From Candidatus Thermosaccharophagus tengchongensis (GTDB lineage: Bacteria; Armatimonadota; Fervidibacteria; Fervidibacterales; Thermosaccharophagaceae), in NCBI GenBank assembly GCA_032161105.1, contig JAVHTD010000004.1: a stretch of DNA of 64,000 nt, one strand, 5' to 3'. The notes under the pieces were generated by a model. That model was not told where the DNA came from. It saw nothing but the letters and a program-made list of their open reading frames with translations, and made no database searches. The position numbers and the translations under genes are program-made. The stretch's first letter is position 1. Every line of letters begins with the position of its first letter. This document shows, piece by piece, positions 1 through 10,391 of the stretch.

Positions 1-1945
1 CAATGACACCTATGCGCAGCTTCCAACGAAGGCTATTGTGATCAGCTTGTAACTTGCCGCGCTTGCGCACTTGGAATGAGCCTATAAACTGCGGCTGATT
101 AAACAGCAAAACGGCATCGCGTTTTGCGTATACCCAAAATGCCTGCCATGGTGGGAGGAGAACATCATTGCCCGATTTTGGCGGGGTGTAATCCTTTGCA
201 AGATTATCCCAGAAGAAAATGAAGCTGTGGATGTAACCTTCAACGGAGGCATCCTCATAGTTGAGCGCCAGCGGGCTGCCCGGGACTGCAAACTGCAACC
301 CACCAAGGTAAATTGGCTGTGGGAATGGGTTGCCAACTTGATTCCAACCAGCGTATAGCGGGACCGCAACTGGCACCTCTGTATCTTTGAGGAAGCGTGC
401 TCCATTGAGCATTATCCTTGTTGGCGTCTCCAAGTAAATCCAGTAGCCCTCACCGGGGCGAAGTTCCCTGATGTCATATGGGAAGAAACGATACTTTCCA
501 GAGCGTGGATCCCAACGAGCCAATTTAAGCGTTCCAGAGAGACCCAAAGCAGTCGGCGGATAACGATCGCCGACCGGATACGGCAGGCAAAACATATGAA
601 AGCCGCTCACGAAGAAGCGCTGTGCCTGCGCCGGAATTATGAACCTGATCGGGAGGTTGTGCACCCTCCCCGGGAACGCAACCCCGACAATGTTGATAGT
701 CACACAACCCTCAACCCAATTCTCAACGGTCACATCCCATGAGACTTTTGCCTCACTGCCGGCTGGGATATTCCCAATTGATTGCGTTGGTGTTATGCCC
801 TCTACTAAGCTCATTCCGGGTGGGAGTTGAAGTATGAGCGTCGTGTCAGTCAATGGTGTATCGCTGTAATTTAGCACCGTCACATCAATCGTGAACGGGC
901 TCGGCATCGGAAACGATGCCTCAACCTCCGGCGTCAGCGGGTTATCTCCAAAGATGGTGTTCAACTGTGGTGGCATATTGACGAAGATTCCATAGGAGCC
1001 ACCGATGGAAACCGCCGTTGCTATATTCAGTCCGACATAAGTGACAAACTCAACCTTCGCTCCCGGTGTAAGCACAAACGGAAGCCAATAGTAAGCGACG
1101 GCGCTGTCTTGAAACTCAAGGTTGTAAAGGTCGCTCACAGTGAAGTCCCAATTGTCCGATGTTAAGTGACCAGCCTCACCGAACACGAGCCTATCGGGTG
1201 GAGTTGCATCGCCGCCTTTAACAATTCCCTTCAGGCTGAATGCCGTTTGCGCCCTTGACAGCGTCGTCAGCCAGACTTCTGGCATGCCAATTCCAGCGTT
1301 GAACTCCCTCTCCTTAACTATCGGCGGCACACCCGGGACATAGAACGGTCCCCAACTCAACTTTGGGTCAAGCTGCGGGTTGAGGAAGAGGCGCACGCCA
1401 ATTGTGTGCCCAACATTGTCAGTGTTGATTATGCGATGCCGTATCTCAACGAATTCACGGACCAAAGTGACTATGCGTTCAATCACCAAGTCGTCGGGAT
1501 TGGTATCGTAATCTGGATCTGTCCCAAACGGCTCTGGCATCTCAACGACCCAAAAGCATTTGACGGAGTTTTGTGAGACCATCATCGGCGTCCCACGCAA
1601 CTCCCACCTTATCGGGTCTGCACGGCGCTGCCCGAGAGTTTGGGCTGTCCCGTTTGCGCGAATCAAAGCGCTGTAAATTCTATCGGCGTCATCTTCAACG
1701 CGAAGTGTCATTGAGCCGGTGAGTATGTTAAGCTTCGGCGGTATGTTTGGGTCAACGAGGATCGTGGTCACCGTCACATCGCCATTTGCAGCCATCGTCA
1801 CGCTGAGATAGTTGTTGGCTACCGTGACTTGAGCCTCCGCAACCCTAAGGCAAATGAGCAGCAACATGATGAGGGCTATCATTCGCCAAACAATTACGCC
1901 CAATGAGAACCCCTCCAACATTACTCGTGTTGGTCGCCGCGCCAT
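1..1945 (-). CDS. Large secreted protein (3'-partial, at least 648 aa): signal peptide, beta-rich N-terminal domain, Ig-like domain, shared C-terminal module
   Basis: Not in the ORF track. I translated an open frame by hand from ATG 1945 (purine-rich GGGGGAAG upstream) off the window edge: MARRPTRVMLEGFSLGVIVWRMIALIMLLLICLRVAEAQVTVANN...GFHMFCLPY...LARWDP...PGEGYWI...GWNQVGNPF...PWQAFWVYA...RWKLRIGVI. These motifs match the two neighbouring secreted proteins. Confidence 0.85.
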   Translation of the reverse strand, partial: MARRPTRVMLEGFSLGVIVWRMIALIMLLLICLRVAEAQVTVANNYLSVTMAANGDVTVTTILVDPNIPPKLNILTGSMTLRVEDDADRIYSALIRANGTAQTLGQRRADPIRWELRGTPMMVSQNSVKCFWVVEMPEPFGTDPDYDTNPDDLVIERIVTLVREFVEIRHRIINTDNVGHTIGVRLFLNPQLDPKLSWGPFYVPGVPPIVKEREFNAGIGMPEVWLTTLSRAQTAFSLKGIVKGGDATPPDRLVFGEAGHLTSDNWDFTVSDLYNLEFQDSAVAYYWLPFVLTPGAKVEFVTYVGLNIATAVSIGGSYGIFVNMPPQLNTIFGDNPLTPEVEASFPMPSPFTIDVTVLNYSDTPLTDTTLILQLPPGMSLVEGITPTQSIGNIPAGSEAKVSWDVTVENWVEGCVTINIVGVAFPGRVHNLPIRFIIPAQAQRFFVSGFHMFCLPYPVGDRYPPTALGLSGTLKLARWDPRSGKYRFFPYDIRELRPGEGYWIYLETPTRIMLNGARFLKDTEVPVAVPLYAGWNQVGNPFPQPIYLGGLQFAVPGSPLALNYEDASVEGYIHSFIFFWDNLAKDYTPPKSGNDVLLPPWQAFWVYAKRDAVLLFNQPQFIGSFQVRKRGKLQADHNSLRWKLRIGVI

Positions 1946-1960
1946 CGTATCTTCCCCCCA

Positions 1961-4900
1961 TCATCGCAGGCGTATCAATCCGACGCCCTGCGAAACCGTC
2001 TTCGTCTCATCGTCACTTGCTACAACCTTACAAATGTAAACCGAAGGCGCAACTCGCTGTCCGTCGCTGTCTCTTGCATCCCACCGGATGTAATTTAAGC
2101 CGGCTCGGCTGCCACTCAGACTCAGCTTGCGAATAACTCTCCCCGTCAGTGTCATAATGGACACTTCGCACTTTGCGGCTTTTGTCAGCTCAAACCTTAT
2201 GAGCACATCACCGCCTCTCATCGGAACGGCATTAATATTGCTCACGCGCAATCCATATGATGAAATCCTCTCAGCGACAATTCGTAAACTCGCAGCGCCA
2301 GATGGGCTGAGCGCCGTATCGCATGCGTTAACTGCGCGCATATTCAACGGCGATTTGCGAGATGGCTCATAGAGCCACAACCTCCAACCCCTTGGGATGT
2401 TCCCGATGCCATCCCAACTTAGCCTCACCGATTCGCAACTTTTAAGAGCCCGTAAGTTTACATCCCAAACGATCCGCTCCAAACCCATTGGGCGGCAATC
2501 AACCATGAGCGGAATCCTGTTGGCTGTTTCATCCGTTGGCATGAGGCTGATGTGCAACCTTGCCCCGGGAGGCGGTGGCGGTGCCGGTATGTCACGCCCA
2601 AACTCAACACCGGCATTGGCGTTCTCATCCACCGCAAGCGTAACGCTTTGTGGTAGCGCATCACCGGCAGCTTCGGCGACCAACTTCAAACGCCATCCGT
2701 TACCATACTTTGAAGCCCGTCTTGAGCTGCTATAGCGACCTGTCTCACTTGCGCGTGAACGCATTGCTATTGATGGCAAGATGACAAGCCTGCAAGGCTT
2801 GAGCTTCCTAATCCAATAACCATCAAACGGCTCAAGCACAATCTCTGGGGGCGTCATTGCGACATATTGCTGTCCATCCCATCGGTAGAGGATTGGAATG
2901 ATATAGCCTGTCTCTGCAGCGCTGTTGAAGTTGAGCAATTGCGAAGTGTCATCCGCCAACACCTGTATCGCATTCAGGTCAATTTCAAACGGAAACGGGT
3001 TGCCAATTTGCTGCCAACCAATGTCCGCCGCACGAATGGCGTCCCATGATTTCTCATTCCGCATGATGAACGGCTGCTGCCTGTCAATGGTGTGCCCTTC
3101 AATTTGCAAAGGCGTTGGGAGCGTTATCCTGACCCAATATCCTCTTCCGGGGGCGAGCGTGCTCACAAACTCGTCATAGTAGCCCTCCTCGTAGTAATGG
3201 TAGTCGTAGTCACCAACATCGCCCGGTATGTATGGCGGGGTGGCTGTCGCCTTCAAACCATAACGAGCCAATCGCCTGTTTATCGCCGCCCCAAAGACAT
3301 AGGATGGCGAATCGCGCCCGGCGATTAACTCATACGGTATTGAAACCATTTGCAAGCCCGTGCTCAGCACTTTCGGGAAGGTGATGAATGTGACACTCTT
3401 CGGCTCCGCCTGAACACCGCCGTAGTTTGCCGCCCTTATCTCAAGCGTGTGTGAACCTTGTTGCAACGGTTGTGTCAGCTTGAGCTCAAGCGACTGAGTT
3501 GCCGGGTCAAATTCGGTCGTTGCACCCCTGAGGACTTCCTGCCCATCAATGGTGACAACTATGGTTGACGGGTCAATGTTGGTTTTGCCCTGATATGGCG
3601 ATGGGTATGGTCCGGCAAACCTTGCTCTTATTGTCGGAGTGAATGTGAAAAGTATCTCGCCATCCCTCGGTTCAGCAATGTAGATTTCGGGCTTGGTTAA
3701 AACGCCAACTCTGGCATAGATTGAAGTTCCAACCATGCGTATGTCGGTTATGGAAACACCAGAGTCAAGTCCAAAGTAGGTGGCGCTTGATGGCTTGCTC
3801 AAAAATGTGAACTCCGTGTTGTTGGTCAAGCCCGGATATGGGTCGCCTGCATCACCATAGTTGCCCTGAAGCCATCCCAAGAAGCCATAAGTGGAGCAGT
3901 TAAACGCAGCCGGGTCAAAGTTATACTGCGATAGGTCAATGTCATCACGCCCATCAGCTTGAACCATGTGAACGCCCTTTCGCATGTAGTCAATCAGACC
4001 GGTGAGCGGATTGATGTTGACCTGAATTTCATTCTGCAAGTATTTGGTGAGGTCACCGGTTATAGCCTTGTCAATGTGCCAAATGGTCAAGCCAGCACCG
4101 GGAAGGTATTGATCAAACCCCATGAGTTGACGATTGCAAAGCAGGAAATATTCGTTTTGCGCTGTGCTCCCAAATGCCCAAACACGGTAAACAATGGGCT
4201 TTATCTCGTATGGCGGTATTTCAACGACGCCAGCGTCACCGACAACATCAATCGGGGTTATCCAGCGAAACAGGATTTTGCTCCACGGGTCATGCTCTCC
4301 CGGAAGACCAATTGGGCGCAATGGGTTGTATTCCGCAGGTGCAAATCTATCCCCAGCACACATGAGCGCCCAAAGACCCGGGCTGACCGCCTTCGGCGTT
4401 ATCGTATCGTAAAGGTCAAGCAACCCGAATGCGTGCCCTGTCTCATGAGCGTAAGTCCCAACATCAGCTGTGGCTTCGTGAATGAGTATGAATGACTCAA
4501 CAGTCACATTGTCCCTCGTCTGAAATGGCTGCGATGGAATGCCCATCAACCTTTCCCACGGAATGCTCCTGTGGTATGCTCCAAACGATGGATCGTTGTT
4601 GAAATTACCATCGGGGCAGCGTGCATCCTTATCGCATGCGAATGTGATTATCAGCAAATCAACGCGCCCATCCCTATCGCTATCGTAGCGTGAGAAGTCA
4701 ATGATCGGGTCAACAGCCCTTATTGCCTCTTGGACGATCAGGTCACCGCCTGCAGCGGCGTCTGGCATATATGTAACATTGCCAACGGTATCAGTTGGCA
4801 CATCTACGGTGATCCAACCATATGTGTCCCCCGTAATGGTGAACTTGCCGTAAGAAGACTCGTAATAGAAGCGCGAATATGAAAACGGGTTGGTCATGTC

Positions 4901-5287
4901 AAAAAGCAAGCGATTGAAGTAAGCCACTGTGTGTTCATCTGCGGGGACAACATCGTAAGACCTCGGTCTGACAAGCAGATGCAAAACACGCACAGTCCCT
5001 ATAAGACCACCCTGTGGCAACAATCCGGTGCCGAATGTCCCAAAGGCAGAATAGGGCACATCAAGCGCCTGGCGGCTTCTTTCATCACGCGCTTTCACAT
5101 TCGCATTTATTGGGGAGAGCTCAACACCGTATCGCTTCGCAACGGCTTCCAACATTTGTCTCTTTAAACAGCGAATGCCGGGTGAGCGGCGAAACTGCTG
5201 CCCTAATGCATCCCTAAAGCTTACGAGCAATAGGGCTAACCCCACCACTACAACCACTTTGACCCATTCGCCCCTCAATTGCTTCAT
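1961..5287 (-). CDS. Secreted M6-family (immune inhibitor A-like) zinc metalloprotease with Ig-like domain, shared C-terminal module and FlgD-like terminal domain
   Basis: Signal peptide; FYYESSYGKF, DFSRYDSDRDGRVD, HETGHAFGLLDLY (HExxH), GLWALMCAG, GLTIWHID, VQADG and DPYPG motifs typical of M6 proteases. Tail IMTLTGRVIR..GLNYIRWDARDSDG..PSVYICKV. Confidence 0.88.
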   Translation of the reverse strand: MKQLRGEWVKVVVVVGLALLLVSFRDALGQQFRRSPGIRCLKRQMLEAVAKRYGVELSPINANVKARDERSRQALDVPYSAFGTFGTGLLPQGGLIGTVRVLHLLVRPRSYDVVPADEHTVAYFNRLLFDMTNPFSYSRFYYESSYGKFTITGDTYGWITVDVPTDTVGNVTYMPDAAAGGDLIVQEAIRAVDPIIDFSRYDSDRDGRVDLLIITFACDKDARCPDGNFNNDPSFGAYHRSIPWERLMGIPSQPFQTRDNVTVESFILIHEATADVGTYAHETGHAFGLLDLYDTITPKAVSPGLWALMCAGDRFAPAEYNPLRPIGLPGEHDPWSKILFRWITPIDVVGDAGVVEIPPYEIKPIVYRVWAFGSTAQNEYFLLCNRQLMGFDQYLPGAGLTIWHIDKAITGDLTKYLQNEIQVNINPLTGLIDYMRKGVHMVQADGRDDIDLSQYNFDPAAFNCSTYGFLGWLQGNYGDAGDPYPGLTNNTEFTFLSKPSSATYFGLDSGVSITDIRMVGTSIYARVGVLTKPEIYIAEPRDGEILFTFTPTIRARFAGPYPSPYQGKTNIDPSTIVVTIDGQEVLRGATTEFDPATQSLELKLTQPLQQGSHTLEIRAANYGGVQAEPKSVTFITFPKVLSTGLQMVSIPYELIAGRDSPSYVFGAAINRRLARYGLKATATPPYIPGDVGDYDYHYYEEGYYDEFVSTLAPGRGYWVRITLPTPLQIEGHTIDRQQPFIMRNEKSWDAIRAADIGWQQIGNPFPFEIDLNAIQVLADDTSQLLNFNSAAETGYIIPILYRWDGQQYVAMTPPEIVLEPFDGYWIRKLKPCRLVILPSIAMRSRASETGRYSSSRRASKYGNGWRLKLVAEAAGDALPQSVTLAVDENANAGVEFGRDIPAPPPPPGARLHISLMPTDETANRIPLMVDCRPMGLERIVWDVNLRALKSCESVRLSWDGIGNIPRGWRLWLYEPSRKSPLNMRAVNACDTALSPSGAASLRIVAERISSYGLRVSNINAVPMRGGDVLIRFELTKAAKCEVSIMTLTGRVIRKLSLSGSRAGLNYIRWDARDSDGQRVAPSVYICKVVASDDETKTVSQGVGLIRLR

Positions 5288-5357
5288 CTCTTTACCACTC
5301 TCCGTCTTGCATCCGGATCATGCGCTTTGGCACGCATTAAGATAACCCTGCCCGCCA

Positions 5358-7268
5358 TTACTTCCTGCCGCTCTTGGGCGGTGTTGGCGGCACTTCTGCG
5401 GTCTTGAATGCGTGCACGACGCTCCAAACCCATCCATCCGGGTATGGCGGCGCCATATCACGGCTGTTCCTATACCCAACTCGCCAATAAAATGTCGTTG
5501 GACCTGTGACCCTGAAGAATTGATTCAGTTCGTTCACCAAACGCATCTCAATCGGCACTCCATCCTTATCCTGCGTAAACCTCGTCTGCTTCATGAAAGC
5601 CTTCCCGGGAAGCAGGCTTGCCGGGTCCGTCCCGACGAAAATTGCATACTCATCGGCACCCTTAACGCTGAGGAAGCGAAATGTTACATCCGCCAAGTTG
5701 ATGTTATCGCTCCCGGGTTGACCCAGATTTGGCGGCAGAACAAGGTCTGTATCGGACATTTTTCTCAGTGCTGTCGCAGGACCTATGACCGATGAGAATT
5801 GGCTCAGGACAATTTCCCATGCCACACCAGCACCGCCACCAACGCCACCAACACCAGTTATGACTGACATCGCTGGGCGGCGGGCAGTTATCCTGCGAAT
5901 GATATACCAATACTGGCGACCAAACTCAAGCGGCGTATGATAGAACTCCTCATCATAATCGCTGACCACAATTTGCCTTGAACGATTAACCCTCAATCTG
6001 GCTCGCCCGCGAACTTCAACTTCCCTATCAAGCCATGGCGTCCTGTCCGGGTCATCCACATCTTCAGCGGTCGCACTCCCCTCAAAATACTGTGCGGTAT
6101 CAACATACTGGGTGACATTGCCGGGGACTATATCAATCATCGTGGCATTGGATGGTGAGAAACCGGCGGTATCGCCGCGGTAAATTTCAACGCCAAGGAC
6201 CGTCCCAGAACCACTCCCAAAGCGAACTATGATGCCCTCACCCCATGAGAGTGATTGGGCTGAGAGCACAGATGGTGCTTTTTCCGGCTTCCTGCTTTGC
6301 CCCACAACAGCAACGAGTGCCCCCAATGCGAGCAACGGGAATATGATGCCTTGCACCCAAGATGTGACCGTCGGGCGCTCACGCCTTATAGGCGGCATCG
6401 CCACTTTACCAACGGGAGGCAGCATAAACTGGGCTCTAACCTTGTCCATTTGTTGGATGCCTTGTGTCTCCCAATCAATATCGGCATATGACTGGCGCTG
6501 CTCAACCCGCTTAACGACGATCTCACCGATCTTCCTCGTCTCACCGGTTTTCAAGTCGGTGTGTATAACGCTCATCCTCATCCCCGCAGTAACGGCGTCC
6601 TTTGCGCCGATGTTGAGAAGCACCCTATTTTCCGGCATCCTGATCAACACCTGACCCATTGGGAGCCTTGTTGCACGCATGTTCTCTTCAGCGCGCCTTG
6701 CAGCTCTGTTTAGCGCATCGGCAATCAACCTTGTCTCTTCAACACCCTCGGGGCTCCTTTCCATCACATTTGCGCCGTTGACCGGCTCACCGGTCTCGGT
6801 ATCGTAAACGAGCACCTGCATGTGGACAACACCAACTTTGGGGCGGCTCGTAACGGTTGCCGACACAACTTTTCCGGTAGCCACATATTGCGCATTGAGA
6901 TATGCACCGATGCGCTGTATGTCAGCAATTCCCGGCGATGGCGGGATCTTAAGCTCGCTCAATGCATCCTGCACCTGCTGGCGCGGAACAACCTCCCACT
7001 GCGGCTCCTCCGGAAGCATGATGGCATACGCAAGTGCGTCCGCGGCAGCCCTGCCAAGCCAAGCCGGCACATTCCGCTCAACATCAAAGTCAAGGATGGC
7101 TATGCGCGGCTTTGCCCGCCCGACTTCTCTTGCGCCAGCTTGCTCGGCAGCTCCCGGCCGAGGGGCTTGAGTGTTCGTCGGCTCAACTGCAATCCCGACA
7201 AGCACAAGAGCTGCGATGAGCAGATAAGCAACACCCTTCGTAGCGCGATAACGCCTCAGTGCCTTCAC
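5358..7268 (-). CDS. CsgG/FlgT-like envelope protein with internal hydrophobic helix and C-terminal Fn3-like beta domains
   Basis: N-terminal signal; RIAILDF..GRAAADAL..VVPRQQVQDAL..IGAYLNAQYVATGKV (CsgG/HfaB-like); VLLNIGAKDAVTAGMRMSV..IGEIVVKRV (FlgT C-terminal-like); hydrophobic WVQGIIFPLLALGALVAVVG; GVEIYRG and FYWRV Fn3-like strands. Confidence 0.6.
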   Translation of the reverse strand: MKALRRYRATKGVAYLLIAALVLVGIAVEPTNTQAPRPGAAEQAGAREVGRAKPRIAILDFDVERNVPAWLGRAAADALAYAIMLPEEPQWEVVPRQQVQDALSELKIPPSPGIADIQRIGAYLNAQYVATGKVVSATVTSRPKVGVVHMQVLVYDTETGEPVNGANVMERSPEGVEETRLIADALNRAARRAEENMRATRLPMGQVLIRMPENRVLLNIGAKDAVTAGMRMSVIHTDLKTGETRKIGEIVVKRVEQRQSYADIDWETQGIQQMDKVRAQFMLPPVGKVAMPPIRRERPTVTSWVQGIIFPLLALGALVAVVGQSRKPEKAPSVLSAQSLSWGEGIIVRFGSGSGTVLGVEIYRGDTAGFSPSNATMIDIVPGNVTQYVDTAQYFEGSATAEDVDDPDRTPWLDREVEVRGRARLRVNRSRQIVVSDYDEEFYHTPLEFGRQYWYIIRRITARRPAMSVITGVGGVGGGAGVAWEIVLSQFSSVIGPATALRKMSDTDLVLPPNLGQPGSDNINLADVTFRFLSVKGADEYAIFVGTDPASLLPGKAFMKQTRFTQDKDGVPIEMRLVNELNQFFRVTGPTTFYWRVGYRNSRDMAPPYPDGWVWSVVHAFKTAEVPPTPPKSGRK

Positions 7269-7274
7269 GGGTGC

Positions 7275-9617
7275 TCACCTCGCTGTTACGCTTACTTTAA
7301 CTGCGGCACTTACAGATGCCCCACTGTCAATATCGGATGCTTCAACACGCCCAACATACCATCCACTTGGGATGTTACTCGGCAATCTTATTGCAATTGT
7401 GTTTTCGCCGCGCTCATAAACTTTTGACGGCTCAAAATGCGTGATGAGCCTTCCGGTGAGCGTCATCAAGCTGAATTTGATGCGGGCTGACTGAGTTAGA
7501 GCAAACCCAACCATTAGTGCCCCACCGCGACTCGGCAGCTGGCGCAGATTCAATATGCGCAATGGTGAGCGCATGCCGTTTGATAACTCCAACTTGAAAT
7601 GGCGTCTCCCACTCGCCCCCATTGGGAAGGTGTAGGTGCGCTGCGTAAGCGCATCAATGTGAGTGCCCATTTCACTGTCAATCAAAATCGCCCTTGTGCC
7701 TTTCGGCAGCTTGCCCAATGGCTCAAATGACAATGTAGCAACTCCACCACAATCGCCCTCAACAAGGATGAGGAAGGTTTGCGCTCTTGAGCGGTTGGAG
7801 CGCAAGTCAACAGCGCATTTCAATTCGCCACTTGAAACTTGCTGGATGAGTGAGAGGTTAAGATGGCGCAAGCCAAATGGCTGTGGTGGTTCAGGGATGT
7901 CAAGCATGTCAAAGCCATCACGAGCACCGCTTACAGCACCGATGAAGTTGTCACTATCAACTGATGCGCCACATGTCACCCTCAGCCTTAAAAACCATCC
8001 TTCTTTGGCATGTGCCGCCAACAGCCTCAGAGCTTCATCCTGCGGTGATTGGCGCAGCCCGCCATGGCGCACCGGTTGGTTGTCCACAAGTAACTCAACC
8101 GGCTGAAGCGCATAAACCCAGTAGGCTCTATACGGCTCAAGCGTTGTTGCGAGCTGATAATATCCAGCTACAGTTTCAGCGCCACCCCACTCCTCACGGA
8201 GTGTGAAAAGAGCCGTGTTGACGAACGCCCTTGCCCTTAGGTCCGTTATTGGGATAGCCTCAAGCCCAGCCGGCTTGATGTATGAGCGCAACCAATCAAC
8301 TGTGAATGTGAATGGTGCGCCTATAAGGTTCCAACCAGCTTCAAGCTTGATTGGAAATCGGTAGACAGACGGCGCCGGTGAACCCTCCTGAGTGAAGTCC
8401 AAATATGCACTGGTCAGCAGGAAGTAACCGCGCCCAATCTGAAACGCATATGCGGGTGAGTTGATGTTTATCGGGTCAAAGTATGCATACTCCCCACCGA
8501 GCGGCTTTCTCGGGTCTGTGATCCATGTGGCGAGCTTGATTTTCTCCACGCCAAACACTTGTGCCGCATTCAACCCAACCTTAGTGTAGTCATACGGAAG
8601 CGACATCATATGTAGCCCCGGCTTAAAACTCTTGAAGGCATTAACAGCGAGGTTAATGCCCCTCGTCTCACGCCCGGAAAGAACACTCACATTGCTCCTC
8701 TCGGTGGATGTATATCCGGGTGTTGTGACGCGCACAGTGTAAATCCCAGCCGGAACGGTAAGGCGATAGTTAAAGCGATAACCATCCTCCTCATTAACCT
8801 GCGATGTCGTAACAGCAAATGCCACCACCCTGCCGGTTGAATCAACGACTTCAATTCTCACACCGCCGACAGCTGAGCCATCAATCGCCCTCGTCACCAA
8901 TCCCGATAGCGTCCCGTATGGCAATGCCACCAGCCTAAAGTTGACGCCGGTGACGATGCCCCCCGGAGGGACAGTTACAACCCTTGAGAGAATTGCATAA
9001 CCAGCTGCATTTACCCTCACTTCAACCTCTCCGGCGGGCACATTGGTCAGCGTGTAAACCCCGCTTGACGCCGTTCTCGCCGAGGACACCACCACGCCAC
9101 CATAAAGTGCTTCAACGAGGGCATTGTCAATGGGTGAGTTGTCCACATCACGCACAACTACGCCTTCAATGATGCCCGGCTGAGGGAGCAAGATGATATC
9201 AACTGTCACTGTGGCTGCAGGGTCTACACGCACATTCGGTTTTGTAACCGGCTGGTAGCCGGGCGCATTCGCAGTCAAGTTGTAAAGACCCGGTGGCAAA
9301 TCCGCTATCCGGTATGCTCCGTTTGCATCCGTCTTTGCGGACTTCGTAACCGGTTGCTCGCCGGGGTATGGCGCAACCGGTATTGCGGTAACTGTGGCAC
9401 CGTAAACGCCCGTCCTTCCATCGGATTGATAAACTCGCCCAACAATTGCCCCCGGAGTTTGCTGCCCTGCTTGCTGTGCCGCCAAGCAGTTGATTGCGAG
9501 AAATGTAGCGCATATGATCCGAAGGGGAATTGTAAAGCCATCCACACAACCACATTTATGAGTGCGAAGGCACCTTAAGTGCATCTGCAGCACCCCCACA
9601 TTGGCACAGCACGACAC
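7275..9617 (-). CDS. Secreted protein with about three carboxypeptidase-regulatory-like (CnaB-type) Ig repeats and the shared C-terminal module
   Basis: Repeats G(A/I/T)(I/L)xG(R/V/L)V...GxY..xPxGxY...xxGY, then GLHMMSLPY..GRGYF..GWNLIGAPF..LEPYRAYWVYA..GWFLRL..DIPEPP..LMTLTGRLI. Start uncertain (GTG 9617 or ATG 9584). Confidence 0.8.
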   Translation of the reverse strand: MSCCANVGVLQMHLRCLRTHKCGCVDGFTIPLRIICATFLAINCLAAQQAGQQTPGAIVGRVYQSDGRTGVYGATVTAIPVAPYPGEQPVTKSAKTDANGAYRIADLPPGLYNLTANAPGYQPVTKPNVRVDPAATVTVDIILLPQPGIIEGVVVRDVDNSPIDNALVEALYGGVVVSSARTASSGVYTLTNVPAGEVEVRVNAAGYAILSRVVTVPPGGIVTGVNFRLVALPYGTLSGLVTRAIDGSAVGGVRIEVVDSTGRVVAFAVTTSQVNEEDGYRFNYRLTVPAGIYTVRVTTPGYTSTERSNVSVLSGRETRGINLAVNAFKSFKPGLHMMSLPYDYTKVGLNAAQVFGVEKIKLATWITDPRKPLGGEYAYFDPININSPAYAFQIGRGYFLLTSAYLDFTQEGSPAPSVYRFPIKLEAGWNLIGAPFTFTVDWLRSYIKPAGLEAIPITDLRARAFVNTALFTLREEWGGAETVAGYYQLATTLEPYRAYWVYALQPVELLVDNQPVRHGGLRQSPQDEALRLLAAHAKEGWFLRLRVTCGASVDSDNFIGAVSGARDGFDMLDIPEPPQPFGLRHLNLSLIQQVSSGELKCAVDLRSNRSRAQTFLILVEGDCGGVATLSFEPLGKLPKGTRAILIDSEMGTHIDALTQRTYTFPMGASGRRHFKLELSNGMRSPLRILNLRQLPSRGGALMVGFALTQSARIKFSLMTLTGRLITHFEPSKVYERGENTIAIRLPSNIPSGWYVGRVEASDIDSGASVSAAVKVSVTAR

Positions 9618-9631
9618 ACCCCTATCCTACC

Positions 9632-10276
9632 TCATCCCCCTCTCTTACACCTCATGCGAGCATGCCTGCAACACAGCGCATATTTTACAGCGGCACGAAC
9701 AGCATTCGCCGTTTCTAACATGCTTCTACTGCAGATGATTACCCTATCAGCCATACGCATAAACTCGTTCGGTGAGATTTGCGAGCAAACCCTTGCATGC
9801 GCTTCATGCACGGTCATGCCGCGCTCAGTTAACCTTCGCAGTATTGTCTTTCTGTCAGCATAAGTCACCCAGACTTCATCGGTGGTTTTTTGCATCCCCA
9901 TCTCAAAAAGCACTGCTGCCTCCACAACAATCAACTTCGCACCCCTTCCGCATGCGCTGTTTATTTCTCTCTCAATCCTTTCAACCATCGGCGGGTGAAG
10001 CAATCTGTTGAGGCGCTTTAAAGCTGTCTCATTTGAGAAAACGCACATTGCAAGCTTGCTCCTGTCAACATCGCGGTGTGAGTTGAGCACGCCTGTCCCA
10101 AAGTTCCCAACAACCCGCCCCCAACCAACCTCGCCTCTGCTGAGCAGTTTGTGTCCGACGGTGTCAGCGTTGATCACCAAAGCACCGCAGCGCTCAAGCA
10201 TTCGTGAGACTGTGCTCTTACCGGAAGCGATAGTTCCACTTAAGCCAACAACGATTGAATCAGCCCTCACATGCAC
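9632..10276 (-). CDS. coaE: Dephospho-CoA kinase
   Basis: VGLSGTIASGKSTVS P-loop, INADTVGH, VDRSKLA, LNRLLHP, EAAVLFE. Confidence 0.93.
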   Translation of the reverse strand: MHVRADSIVVGLSGTIASGKSTVSRMLERCGALVINADTVGHKLLSRGEVGWGRVVGNFGTGVLNSHRDVDRSKLAMCVFSNETALKRLNRLLHPPMVERIEREINSACGRGAKLIVVEAAVLFEMGMQKTTDEVWVTYADRKTILRRLTERGMTVHEAHARVCSQISPNEFMRMADRVIICSRSMLETANAVRAAVKYALCCRHARMRCKRGG

Positions 10277-10391
10277 CGTTGGCTGTCACTCCAACAAAAG
10301 ATTAAACCGTGGAGGGAGCATCATGGGCTGGCACCGTGCAAGGCAATCTGTCGCAATGAAGCTTGTGGTGAACTTAACCTCAAATCAAATC

